A stretch of 64,000 nucleotides of DNA from Paragordius varius (taxonomy: Eukaryota > Animalia > Nematomorpha). The position numbers and the translations under genes were made by a program. The notes beneath the pieces are model-generated. The model was not told the DNA's origin, did no database searches, and saw only the letters and a list, made by a program, of their open reading frames with translations. Positions 1 to 12,307 of the stretch are shown here, piece by piece. How positions within the stretch are numbered: position 1 is the first letter of the stretch; every line of letters starts with the position of its first letter. The DNA lies in contig OZ176051.1 of the NCBI GenBank assembly GCA_964247055.1, forward strand, positions 7,626,001 through 7,690,000. Reading direction: 5' to 3'.

Positions 1-920
1 TTTCTGCTAAAAATTAAATTTTTGAAAAAGTATGAGTTTTACATTTAGATATCGAATTTTAACATAATTAAAATTTATATCGCCTAATATCGGCATTTTT
101 GGGTTTATTTTAACTTAACTTGCCTATTTTAGAAGAGCAAATTGACTCGGAGCCTACGTTTAATAATTATTTTAAAAATAATCTATTACTTTTTAATGTA
201 ATTTGTGATCTATTTTAGTTATATTTTTTGGAATGAAGCAATTGGCTTTCACCAAAATATATATTTAAAAATTGTGCGCAAACTTTGCCATTTTCTCATA
301 TGGAGAGATATCCACAAAAATCGAAAATTACTTTTAAATTATTTATAAGGACGATAAAGCACAATCATAATTAATACATTTTCCTATTTATCTATATATT
401 TATTTCATCAATTTTTGTATACCTCCCGATATTTAACTCAATGTAATGCATAATAATTATATATAACTATGGGGATGATAATTGGTTAATTTAAACTATA
501 ATACATAAGTTTGCCCTAAATACTAAAGGTCGGTTTGTCAAATGGATACTAGCAATAAAGGCAAATTATCTTACCGTATATGGTAATATAATAAGAACAC
601 TTGTTACCAAACTCGTTTTAAACAATTCTGCCATCCTACAATATACAATAACTTGGACACTAAAGAACAAAAAATGGGTCAAAAAGTCTAATGCAATCAG
701 CATAAGGACACGATTAGCGGCACTTTATTCCACGGTCAACAACTTAATCGCTTTTTGCTTAAAGCAAAACATTATGGTCGCATGCCACATATTTCAAGTA
801 AGTTATATACAATATATTGGTTATAAATATAAATTGGTAAAATAGAAACAGTGTTACACATTTCTTAAAGTTCGGACACAAATGTTTTCTTAAAGAGCTT
901 GTGACTATTCTTGTGATTTG

Positions 921-3900
921 ATGAAGCTCATAATTATTAATAAGGAAGGGGATATTTGTAATTTAGATGTAGAACCTAATGTTTTAATTGAAAAGGTATT
1001 TTATTTTTTTTATTTAGTTAAAAATAATGGCTTTGGGACATTTTGGAGCATATTTGGATAGTCCCACAGAAAAACAAAGAACTCTATCTCGCTTTAGATT
1101 ATTATATATAAAACAGTTTAGAAAGTTAGATGAATTAAAAAGTATATCCGAAGAAGGTCTTATAGATGAAGGTTATTAGCCCGTAATTTTTAGATGAATT
1201 GTTATTAAAGAAAAGTCCACCCATTTTTTACGATGAAAAAGTTTTCTTTTAAATTTATACCTTGTATAGAGAGATTATCCTTTAGGGCCATCAATAAATG
1301 AGATAATGGTTGCTACAGCTTCTATATCAATTAAACCAGCGCCTAAACCAAATTCAAAAACCGTTTCCCCTAACGTAAATCCTTTTTGTAAATTTATTAT
1401 AGTTCCAATTGGAGATACGAAAAGTTTTACTTACATTGATACAAACATCACACAGTCTTATTTGTTTAAATCCTGAATCAAAGCACGTCTTTCAAATTTT
1501 ACAAAGTAAATAATAAAATGTTTTTTGATGGTATCATACTAAATATCTTTACATTTTGGCAAATTCTATGTAATAAAGGAAAAAATTTTCCTGTAATATT
1601 AAATATGCATAAATTTTTTATTGTTAAATCACAAAATTAGCTATACAATTTTCAAGTATATGAGTGTATATTTTAAGCTAGAGAATTTTTGATAGCTTTT
1701 AATGTCCAAATTTATAACTACGTTTTTAACTCTAATTTTATAATTTAAACTTTCCTTTTTTTATATTATGTTAATTAAAATTATTTTGGTTAATCATTTT
1801 TTATTTTCGGCTTAGCTTCACAAACTCTTTCCCAAACACCTAATCTTAGCGGTTCTAACACAGCTGTGAATAATCCAAATAACTCCAATAATAATGGCGA
1901 TCATACCCCAAACGATGGTGGTTTAGACGCTATTGCAAATTCTCCCGCCCTTCGAAATTTGGAAGAAATGGGTTTTAATAAAAAATTGGCTATGCGGGCT
2001 TTGATAATCAATAGGTTAGTTTTGGTTTTTCAAAGATTTGGCTTTTAATTTGTTATTTACATATACAGTAATTTAAATTATGCAGACAAAACGTAAAACT
2101 AAATTCGTTTAAAAAGGATAACTATATACTTTTAAAAATTACAATTGTTGAATATATAGCTTAGAATGTTAACAATTTGCATCATTTTCCCTTACTTTGT
2201 AACTGAAAACAATAGGTTATAATTAAAAAGTTTGAAAAAAATTTAAATATTTGAAAAAGAATTATATTTAGGTTTTTTTTGACTTTATTTTTAATTTTTA
2301 CTCTAAAACGGATTCAGATGAAATTAATCCCTGTGAATTTTAATTTTCTTATATAAAAAAGGTCATTTAACTCGGTTTATTTTTGTACATTATTGAAAAA
2401 TATTTAAATAGTTAAATTTTTACAAATGAATTTAAAATCTGTAATTTAGTTTTGCCTTTTATAAAATTAAATCTTATCTTTCTTTATTGCTATTCTAAAT
2501 TAGAATGGATGTATCACGTGCTACTGAATGGTTGCTAGAAAATTCCACCAGTGAAAATATTACAGCAACCCTTCCAAATTCCGGTACTTTAAGTATTCCA
2601 TCATCAAACAATAATAATAATTTTATGGCCTTGAATCCCAACATTGAAATCAAAACAAAAATTCAATCTTCTACCGATTCAAACGCTAAACGTCCAACAG
2701 AAAAGAGCGCTGTTAAAAGTAATTTTTATATTTGTTTTATTTATTGTAAATCAATGAATATATATAACCGGTCTGACGGTTTATAAATGGTATTTTATGT
2801 CCCTTTTATATTCGAAAACAGTTTTCTATCAGATAAAACTTTTCCTTATCATAATATTGTTTTTATGCAAAAAATTTTGAAAAACTTTATCTAAGTACTA
2901 TGTTAAAATTGTTTTTTTTCTAATTTATATGAAAATTCATTTATATGAAACTATATGTAAAAATAGTAATATATTAAATACTAACATGTTTATAGCTCTA
3001 CGTTAAAAAAATTGATTAAATTTCTTAGTTTATACCATTTTTTAACGCATTATGGTAAATATATGATTGTTTAGGTTAAGGAAAGCTCTCATAAACACCT
3101 TCGCAAATGCATTTATAATCTTCTAGGGCTATTTTTAACTTATTGTCGGTGAAAATTTATTCGATAATTTTCCAATCTTGTGACATAATATAGCATTTAA
3201 AACTTTCCACATTATACAGTAAAATCTAAAAAATAATGCGTTAAATAGGTAAATTATATGCCTTTTTTTTAAAACCAACCAAATTTTTAGATCATAAATT
3301 TTTTCATAATATATATGATTAGGGTAATATGGTGTAATGGACTCTCAACTCTATTTTTCAACGTTCTATATATAGGCTTTATAGATAAAAGAATAAAAAA
3401 TAAAATGAATAACATATTATAAATTGGCTAACCTTAATTTTTTATATATATTAAAAAACCTTTGATATTTTATACATGACTTTATATCCGATATTTTATT
3501 GCTAATAGATCTTGGCTTTAACGAAGATGTCTTATCTCCCGACAATGATACACCCCGAAAAATTGTAATGGCATTTAGAGCTTATAAGGCTAAACTTTAT
3601 GTTCCAGATCCACAAGTATATATTTATTAATTTTGTAGGTAACCTTTTATTTCGCTTTTATGACAAAATTTTATAAAATGCAACTTTAAGTAATTACAAT
3701 TTTTAATGTAATTAATATTTTATATTTAATAATTGCCAAACGAACAATTAAAAATAAGGATTGCTTGCGAAATAGTTGTTAATAGAGATTTTAAAAACCC
3801 AAAAAGAGTAAAAATTTAGTTGTTTCACTGGAATTTATTTTAATTTGTGACTCAATATACATAGCTTATATTACATTGGATTAATATTTATTTTTTCCAT

Positions 3901-5546
3901 ATCTTTATATACCGATATCTTGTACTGGAGATAAAATTTGATTATAATTGATTAATTGTAAACAAAATATTCAAATGAATTATAGGCAATTGCAAATTTG
4001 AAAGAAATGGGATTTGAGGAACAAGACATCCTTCAAGCCTTGGCATTATGCAATAATAATGAAGATGCCGCCGTAAATTATTAAATATTTAATTTTAATG
4101 ATTACCAAAATTATTCAAAAAATGCGTCTAGTTGATATATTTATATTTAATTTGCTTTTTTTGCGTATGAAAATGATTATACATGCAATATCTTTTATAA
4201 TTACATATCAATACCTTTTATATTATTGTTTAAAACCATGTTTTATTTTCTTAGAAATAGTTTGTTGGTAGGTAGTCTCCACTAACGAAATATTTTCAAT
4301 ATTTTTATAGCTTAATCGGGTTTGAATTAAACTGGATATCATCTTTATTATAATATTTACAAAATCGTAAAACAAACAGTTTATTACTTTTTTTATTTTA
4401 TTATATTTTAATGATACAAATAAAGAGCGTATGATTCAAAGCTCTGTGTTAAAATATATTCCAAATTTATAAGGGATATATATAGAAATATATATATATA
4501 TATATTTATTGGATTGATAGCTTCTTGTGCCTTTTATTTGGACATAATTAAAATAGCTTCATTATTAAGGTTTTTCCTCTTATTCCTTTCAAATATGTAA
4601 TTGATTATAATTTAACCAAGAGCGAACAAAAATCATTGCTGGCTGCAAACATTGACTTTTTGCGACAATGAAACTCATTTTCACCAATCTCTTTATTTTT
4701 GTAGTGTGAATGGTTACTTCAAGATAGCTCTGTGCGTCAAAAAACATTGATTGGAAAGTCTATGCAACTCTCAAACACTACAATACATGGTGATATGGGC
4801 AATAGTTCGAATCAACTTACACAGGAAAAGGGCACCACCATAAACAATGTGGAAATGGATTTAGAATTTCAAACACTCTCCCCCAACAGTTCTTTATGCC
4901 GTGCCTTACTTTCGGATCCTACCATCCTTTTGGGCCTTAATAATCCAAAAATGTTTTTAAGTATGTGAATAAAGGCGAAATACCTTATGCTAGTTACTGT
5001 GATACCAATAATTTAACAGCGAATTAAAAAAATTTTTAAATAAGATATAAGATGTAAAATCAAGACTGCATTATCTCCTTAATTAATATTATGTAGTATA
5101 AGTGGGTTTTTTTACATGTAATTTAATAAATCAGAGGGAATCGAACATTTATCATAAATGTTAGTACATACATCATTTGTAATGAATTTTATTGAATACA
5201 GTCAATCTTTTTGCAAACAATGGTCATGTGAAGTTTTTACTTAATATTTTCTTTATATATTTAAATTTTTATCCTTTTTCAACACATTAACTTTTCTAAT
5301 GTAGTATTACTGAATTTGTATGAAATGTTTATCCAAACACATGCATTACACATTGGACATTGGTTCAATGATCCAGATGCCGCTGTATTACTCAGTCAAA
5401 TTTTTCGTATTTATCATTCGGAAAAATATAGTTTATTAACCCAATCACAATCCCAACCAGTAAACTCTACCTTAACTTCAAACGATTTTTCTGGCAATGA
5501 TTCCAATAATAATAATGGCAATGGTGGACCGAATTTACAGAGGTAG
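921..5546 (+). CDS. UBAC1: Ubiquitin-associated domain-containing protein 1 (KPC2): UBL-UBA-UBA-STI1 architecture, ~11 exons
   Basis: Spliced translation: MKLIIINKEGDICNLDVEPNVLIEK|LKIMALGHF... (UBL), FQLEIRKVLLTLIQTSHSLICLNP, ALRNLEEMGFNKKLAMRALIINR|MDVSRATEWLLEN (UBA1), AIANLKEMGFEEQDILQALALCNNNEDAA|CEWLL (UBA2), LSPNSSLCRALLSDPTILLGLNNPKMFL and HWFNDPDAAVLLSQIFRIY (STI1). Motifs are collinear with vertebrate UBAC1 as recalled. Introns 996-1017, 1172-1193, 1241-1269 and 1375-1402 are 22-29 nt; later introns are ~300-630 nt. Confidence 0.93.
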
Positions 5547-6054
5547 GTAGGTGTTAGTTTTAGTTTTTCTCTCAACGGTTTTAAAGCCGTTATTAAACTC
5601 TTTTACCATTTAAGGGACTGTAGTATCACATCAAGGTTGTTTTATAAACTTAATTATTAAAATGAAAGGGAAAAAAATATCTTTTTTATAAGTATTCATT
5701 ATTAAATAAAACGGCTCTTTGATTGGTAATCATTTTCATAATCATAATTAATATAAAATATCTACCGTGGATAAAGTATCACATTGTACAATAGCATAGT
5801 TTTTTATATTTTTTCGGCAGGAAAAAACAATAATCCATCTGATTTTTTATATTACACGGTGCGCAGTAAAAATATTTTATTTAAGATTCATCTATCATAG
5901 CTAAAAGCCTTAGGACAATGCATATCTAAAATAAATCCGACTGACATTCTAGAAAAAAAGTTTTAATTATTATGCTATTAGCCAAAATAAAAATATCGCA
6001 TTCTTGTCCCACATAAACGATTAAAATACAACGAAGAAAAACGCGTCAACGAAA

Positions 6055-6805
6055 TTTTATATACCATATAGACGAAATTTTATCGATAAAGATTTTAAAA
6101 ATTTTCAGAGAGTTTTTGAAGGTTTTACAGTTGCTAAATATTGCACTTTGGTATTAAGTTTGAGTCCCATAAACTTGACGGTAAAAGATTATGAATTTTA
6201 TTTTACTATCATATATTTAGAGTTTAATCAATATTTCGCGTTTTTTGCAATTTGCATCAAAGCGGAAGTAGCTTATAATACAAAACATCAGATATGTACA
6301 TATATATTATAAAGACCTTAATTCGATGGAGAAAAAAAATCCATCGACTAATTTTTTGATTTGGGGATTTTTATGTTCCGAAGCTGTGATCAAGCATTGT
6401 GTCATTTTAGCTATTAATCTCGGCTTTTGGGCATAAACACTTTCCAATAAAACGAGTGATCGATCTTTTTTCTTCATCCTGTATGCGAAAAGTATATATA
6501 ATATATATATTGGATGTTTCGTAAAAATTATACGCTACTTCCGCTTTGGTGCAAATTGCATAAAAAATTTTCTCTTTTTATATGAGTATTATTTCATTTT
6601 TTGAACGCGATATATTGGGTAAACTCTGAATATCTACTAAATATATGTTAGTTAAAATAAAATTTAAAATAGCGCAAATAAAAAGTTTATTGGATTAAGG
6701 GCAATTTTTTACCATTGATTCGTATAGGTCCTTCAACTCTCATTTTAAATCTTTATCGATAGTATTTTGCGTTAAAGAATAATATCCTTATGGTATAAAT
6801 TATTA
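6055..6805. mobile_element. Foldback/MITE-like element with ~240-bp imperfect inverted arms
   Basis: gcaatttgcatcaaagcggaagtagc (~6248) is inverted as gctacttccgctttggtgcaaattgc (~6534); tatcgataaagattttaaaa (~6081) is inverted as ttttaaatctttatcgata (~6743). No ORF. Confidence 0.8.
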
Positions 6806-7343
6806 AAGTTTTTCCCTTTGTGTTTAATTTTATTCGGCTTAATATGGGCGATAAAAATTGGGATTTTGTATTTTGCCTAATGGAACACCTTTTTAATTGT
6901 CAACCGCATTCATTTTTGATATTCATTATCCTTAAGCTCTTAGCTCCAAATAATATATGACTCATATATAGAGCATTTTCTTTATTTTTTGCCGCTTAGA
7001 GTTATTATTTGGGTATATATGTATTTTAAAATTATGTTTTGTGCGAACATCATCTTACAGTTGTTTATACCATATATCTAATATAAGAACCATTATGATT
7101 GTGACATGGGATCATATGACCTATATTTACATTGAATTAACTGATTCTCAACATAATTAAATTTAAAATAAAATAAAATTACAAATGAGCAAAAAACAAA
7201 ATCATTGGCAATTGAATATAATAAATGTCATTTGAGAGAAAGCTTTAAATAATAAGATACAAATCAAATAAATTTATTTATTTGATATAACATAAAAATA
7301 CTAATAAATTGCGAAATAATCATCAACTTCCTTATGGAACATA

Positions 7344-9173
7344 CAGTAGCGTATGGCGTGTTAGTCCAAAATAGTATAAAAAACAAGTTTTTTTAAAAAC
7401 AACTAGTGGATATTATGGATAGTGTACACAGAACCAGGACACAATCTTTGTATGTAAAATATGGACATTTGGTTTTAAACATAGCTATAGAAAATTGTGA
7501 AAAATTCATGAAACATAATTTCCCAAATTTCTAATAAAAATTGTTAAATTTTCATTTCATGGTAGTAATTAGGTAAATAATAGAAGCTTATGATTAACAA
7601 TAGAGTTATAATACGATAAAATCAAAATGTGTGTTAATGTGTGCTTAAAATATTGTAAAAAATTCTAGTTATTTTAGTTATATGCTTAGGTAAAATAACA
7701 CAGGACAACAAATTTTTTGTCACTCGAGTTTTTTGCATTTTCTGGTATTTACGATCATTTTAACATTGTATAATTTGATTTTTTTGATTATGCGCCCTCT
7801 TTATCAAAATTTTGAAATATACAAGAAATGCCTGTTTATATCATTCGAAAAAGTAGAAAACTCTATAAAATGCTAACTAATATGTTTCACATCAACAGTT
7901 ATTATTGGAGTTAGGAAGCGACAAACCAGCATTTTTTAAAGAATGGATGAAAATAGCTCAAACTTTGTCTAAATGGCAAATAATGTTCAAAAAAATAACA
8001 CAAGAAAGTTTTGATTAAAACAATATTGCTTTTATGTCATTCAAAACAGCCATTTTAAAGTTTTTCGTTAATTTTGAAATTTCAAAGACTAAAAACAAAT
8101 TTTAAGGTGTTTCATTATTTTTTCAGCGATCATATAATAAATTTACAGTTATAACGATGTATTTTAGTATCCACTAGGTTAAATAATTTTCATATTAATA
8201 ATATTTATTAAAAAAACAAACCAAATGCTTTTTCAAAGATTTTTTTTAATTTTAACATAGTGTAACCCTATAAATTATATTAAAATAATTTATATGATTT
8301 TTAATTTAGTTAGTCTGTGAAAATTTTTGACTTATTTAAGGGTTGAAAATTTTGACCATATAAACCCAACATTTGAAAGCACAGTTTTTTTACGCTCTTT
8401 CGAATGATATAAAATACATGAATCTCTATTTAAAACTTATAATTGTGAAAAGAGCCATAAATATAAACCTAATAAAATAAAATTCTTAGGTCTTGACCAA
8501 TTTTCTTTTCAGATATACTATTTATGTACTTTAATGAAATGAATATTAAATTTACAAGAATGACAGTTAAAAAGTCAAAATTTGTTGTCTAGTATAATCA
8601 AATATTTAAGCAGTATTGCAAAAAGATTTTAAAACTATTACAATACTATATTGTTACAATATTTATTTATCCTTTTATTTAAAATTTGGTTTTTCAATTC
8701 ATTTGCTAATAATTATAGTTTTATTTTTTTAATTGGTTATAGTTAAAGTTACGATAATATATATCAATTTAATTAAACATTATAATTGTGTCTAATTACA
8801 TAATATTTTATGGATACAATATTTTTATTTGATAACCATAACATTAATATTAGCATATATTAAGTATTATTTACGCATACATTAACATACATCGCTATTT
8901 TATCGTATTTACTCTATTGTTAACCATACGCTTCTGTTATCTACCAAATTAGTATTATAAAATGAAAATTTTATAATTTTTATCAGAAATCTGGGAAATT
9001 ATGTTTCACTAATATATTTACAATTTTCTATAGCTATGTTAGAAACCAAATGTCCACATTTTACATACACCAAGATTGTCTCCTAGTTTTGTGTACATCC
9101 CGCTGTTTTTTTAAAACAAACTTGTTTTTTTATTCTATTTTAGACTAACAATGTTTTATACCATACGCTACTG
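7344..9173. mobile_element. Non-autonomous DNA transposon (pogo/Tc1-mariner-like MITE), ~280-bp TIRs starting CAGTAGCGTATGG
   Basis: cagtagcgtatgg at 7344 and ccatacgctactg ending at 9173; homology continues inward for ~280 bp on both sides. Flanks are TA (left) and TG (right), consistent with a decayed TA TSD. A lone end of the same family lies at 45599. Confidence 0.8.
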
Positions 9174-9299
9174 TGAAAGGAGGAAAACAAAAAGTTACAT
9201 CAAGAACATCATATAAGTATATATATCCATAAAAACACATGTGTGTTTTACTCTCATATTATTCCCCCTAAGTTTAGTCTATCGGTTAGTTGACGCTTA

Positions 9300-9900
9300 A
9301 GCAAAGGGTATTCTCTTCGCGGGTTTGTGTTTTTATCAATAATGCGTTGGCCAAGTGGGTTTGATTACTTTTTGTTTCTGGAGTATTTATTTTCTGGTGA
9401 GGGTGGTGTCAAAGATACAAACCCTATATATCGCAAAGTTTTGTCTGAAGCTGACAAACATTTTTGAATGGCTCTAATTCTTCATTGGTGGGTTGAATTC
9501 TTTTTCCGGAGATTACATACCCCGTGTATTTTACTTAAGGAATGGCGATTCGAAGATTATCCTTACGCAATCGTAATCCGGCTTCTTGTAACCTGCTTAA
9601 AACAACCCTTAATCCATTATCATGTTCATCTTTTGTGGCACTTGAGACTAACACATTGTCTTGGTAAACACATGTGCCAAATACATTCCCCAAGAGTTGT
9701 CCATACATCTTTAAAAAATCATCGGGGCGACTATTGGCCCTAAAAACACTGCGGAATGATTGTTTTGGAGGCACTTGAAACACTTCTTGCATTTCGCTGG
9801 ACAAGGAGCGAGACCGTATGGTAACCCGCAATTGCGCATGCTCTGTTAGGGATTTTATTGATCATGGTCTATTTTTATTTAAGGGCGGATCTTTCTTGTC
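9300..9900 (-). mobile_element. Degenerate Ty3/Gypsy retrotransposon fragment (gag-like region fused to RT by internal deletion)
   Basis: ORF 9535-9831: DDFLKMYGQLLGNVFGTCVYQDNVLVSSATKDEHDNGLRVVLSRLQEAGLRLRKD resembles the RT YxDD region (VCVYLDDILVSG...HL..L..VL.RLQEAGLRL). It has DNA homology to the plus-strand copy at 10790-11990. Confidence 0.85.
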
Positions 9901-10049
9901 GTTATCAGCTATACATTTATTATGTGTTGTATTTTTTCAATGTTTAAGCATTTTCGTTCCAGCACTTCGTACAAATAAACGATATCAACAATCCGGATGT
10001 TCACTGATATGTCATCCTTTTTCTCAGTAGGATATCTGCTTTGTAAAGT

Positions 10050-10600
10050 GTTGAAACCCAAGCGTGTAACGAAACTAAAAAAGCTCAAGATTGGCAAGTC
10101 CGTTTGGCCATAATCGGAGCAATCATGAGCATCGTACATGTTGGCACCCGAAAAATGGTGAACTATGGCTGTGCAGGGTGAAGCCAGGAGATACTCTTCT
10201 GAAGGTCCGAAGCGATTATGACTTGCAAATCGATCATCAAACCTGCCTATGGAGGCGAAAGACTAATCGAACCATCTAGTAGCTAGTTCTATCCGAAGTC
10301 TTCCTCAGGATAGCTGATATTAATCGAAGTACCACGTAAAACCGCTTAAAGGTAAGCGAAAGAGCTTGGACACTTGTTCACATTCTTGATTTTATGTGAC
10401 ATAGATGTTATAAAAGTCACGTCGTTGTCGCTACTAATTGCGGGGTTTGAATCTGGGTTGGCGCGGGAGCATGTTATTTTATGTTTCACAAGCCTTTTCT
10501 ATGGTTACTTTTGGGGTGGGGAGTTTGACTGGGGCTCCTCCACCAATGCGGCTTTCAGAATTCCGAGCTTTGGATAAGCAAGAGTTTTAATTTTATAATA
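10050..10600 (+). pseudogene. Degenerate, internally deleted 28S (LSU) rDNA fragment
   Basis: 10141-10320 matches the conserved eukaryotic LSU core (acccgaaa.atggtgaactatg...ggcgaaagactaatcgaaccatctagtagct...ccgaagt...cctcaggatagctg) with substitutions. ggggagtttgactggggc at ~10518 and ataagcaagag at ~10574 come from a much more 3' part of LSU, so the intervening sequence is missing. Confidence 0.88.
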
Positions 10601-10779
10601 ATGTTGATGCCACCAAAGGCTAAATCGCTCTTGTTATTTGCGCATGTGCATTCTATGTTTCTCGCTGTTAGTACGCGACCGATATGGCGAATATAAAGTA
10701 AAGTTCATTGATTCCTCGAAGAGTTTCAGAATTAATTTGGAAATGTCCAATAGTTGATTGACCATCACGGCACCATTAA

Positions 10780-12000
10780 TACATTTATAGCTGATAATGA
10801 TAAGAACGATCTGCTTTTAAATTTTTATGAGACCATGATCAACAAAATCATTAACAGGACATGAGCGAATTTAGGTTAGCAGTGGGGTCCTACTCCTTAT
10901 CCAGCGAAAGGGATGTTTCAAGGGCCCCCCAATACAATCACGTTTGGGACAATAGTCGCCCGGTGATTCGCACAATAGCCAGCGGGGCCAATCCTCGAAT
11001 AAGAGTAATTATGGATAACATGCCATGTGAATGATATCTATACCGGGACCGAGGTATCCAATACATCGAAGGGAAAAGCAGTGTGTTACCGTGTGTAGCG
11101 CCAAATTTAATTCCCCACCCATTTTTGGAACGAATTGGTGAGAGCATTCAGTTTGATTTCCAAAAACATTTTTATTTCACGTATATAAAATACTATGAAT
11201 AATAAATGGATTTCTACTATTTTAATAAATTTTATTTGGATAAATTTGGATCATTCACTCCACTGATAAAATTATATATTAACCCAGAGACATCCCAAAT
11301 TTTCCTTGTCATCGAGTCCCTTTAACTATACAATCGCTGGTATAATAAGAAATCCACCAACAATCTAAAAATACTTTGACAAGTTTATACTCGACTCAAA
11401 GTCAGATAACGCGGGCTTCAACTGTAAAATATTTGAAGGAAACCGGGAAGTTGGACTATGTGCCGATTTTCTGATAAGTACAAATCGCCATCTGTCACAT
11501 GATTCACACCTTATACTCATATTCGATGAGTTAGCTGCCAAGGTGTCAAATGGGGTACTACTTTCTATGTTGGTAAATACGCCTATTTACAGGTCCCTAT
11601 TGACAAATCGTCTCAGTCACTTCTTACTATTATTTACTACCCACAAAGATTTTTATACGTACCAACGACTTCTCTTCGGGTTGACCTCCTCCCCCTTCCC
11701 GATGATTTTTTAAAGATGTGTGGACCAACTTTTGTGGGATGTACCTAAAAAGATATGTTTACCAGGAGGATTAATCTGACATCCCACAAAAGATGAACAT
11801 GATAAAAGATTTAAGGTTACAAGAGGCTGGATTTCGAATGCGCACAAGGATGAACTCCGAATTGCGATTTTCCAAGTAATATACAGGAAATATGTAATCT
11901 ATGGGAAATATTCAACCCATGAAAAATCAGAGGCCATCAAAAATTTCCATCGTCAACTGAATTTGATCTTTCTTAAGATTTATCAATTTACATTAACCTT
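10780..12000 (+). mobile_element. Degenerate Ty3/Gypsy retrotransposon (gag/protease/RT relic, frameshifted)
   Basis: Frameshifted peptides LCADFLISTNRHLSHD, AYLQVPIDKSSQSLLT/TTHKDFYTYQRLLFGLTSSP and RLQEAGFRMR correspond to Gypsy RT motifs (ICGDY..TVN, AYLQLPLD..SQ..TTI.THKGLY.Y.RLPFG.SS.P). Confidence 0.85.
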
Positions 12001-12307
12001 CTATGCCCAATTTACATCTAATCTATGCATGTCTATGTGTGTTTAAATTAATTTTCATCCATAAAAACACACCTCTGTGTCACTCCAACAATTAAAATTT
12101 AACACTTTTCCACGAATCTTTTAATATCTACTATTTTTCAATAAAAGCGCTGTTCTTTGATCAATATTCGCAAAATGTAGTCCCGATCAATACATAATAT
12201 ATTTTTTACAAATTATTTTTTTTGGTAATGCCACTTGAAAATGTATAATATATGTATTTGATGAATGTTTTAATAGCGATAATCTAGATGGTATCGATAG
12301 AAGTGAT

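Noticed and set aside
430-800. Apparent minus-strand exons with 23- and 26-nt intron-like segments (MAELFKTSLVTSVLIILPYT|YPFDKPTF), divergent from UBAC1
   Set aside because: Every phase combination hits a stop within a few codons. It could be a non-coding or UTR region, but no CDS is supportable.
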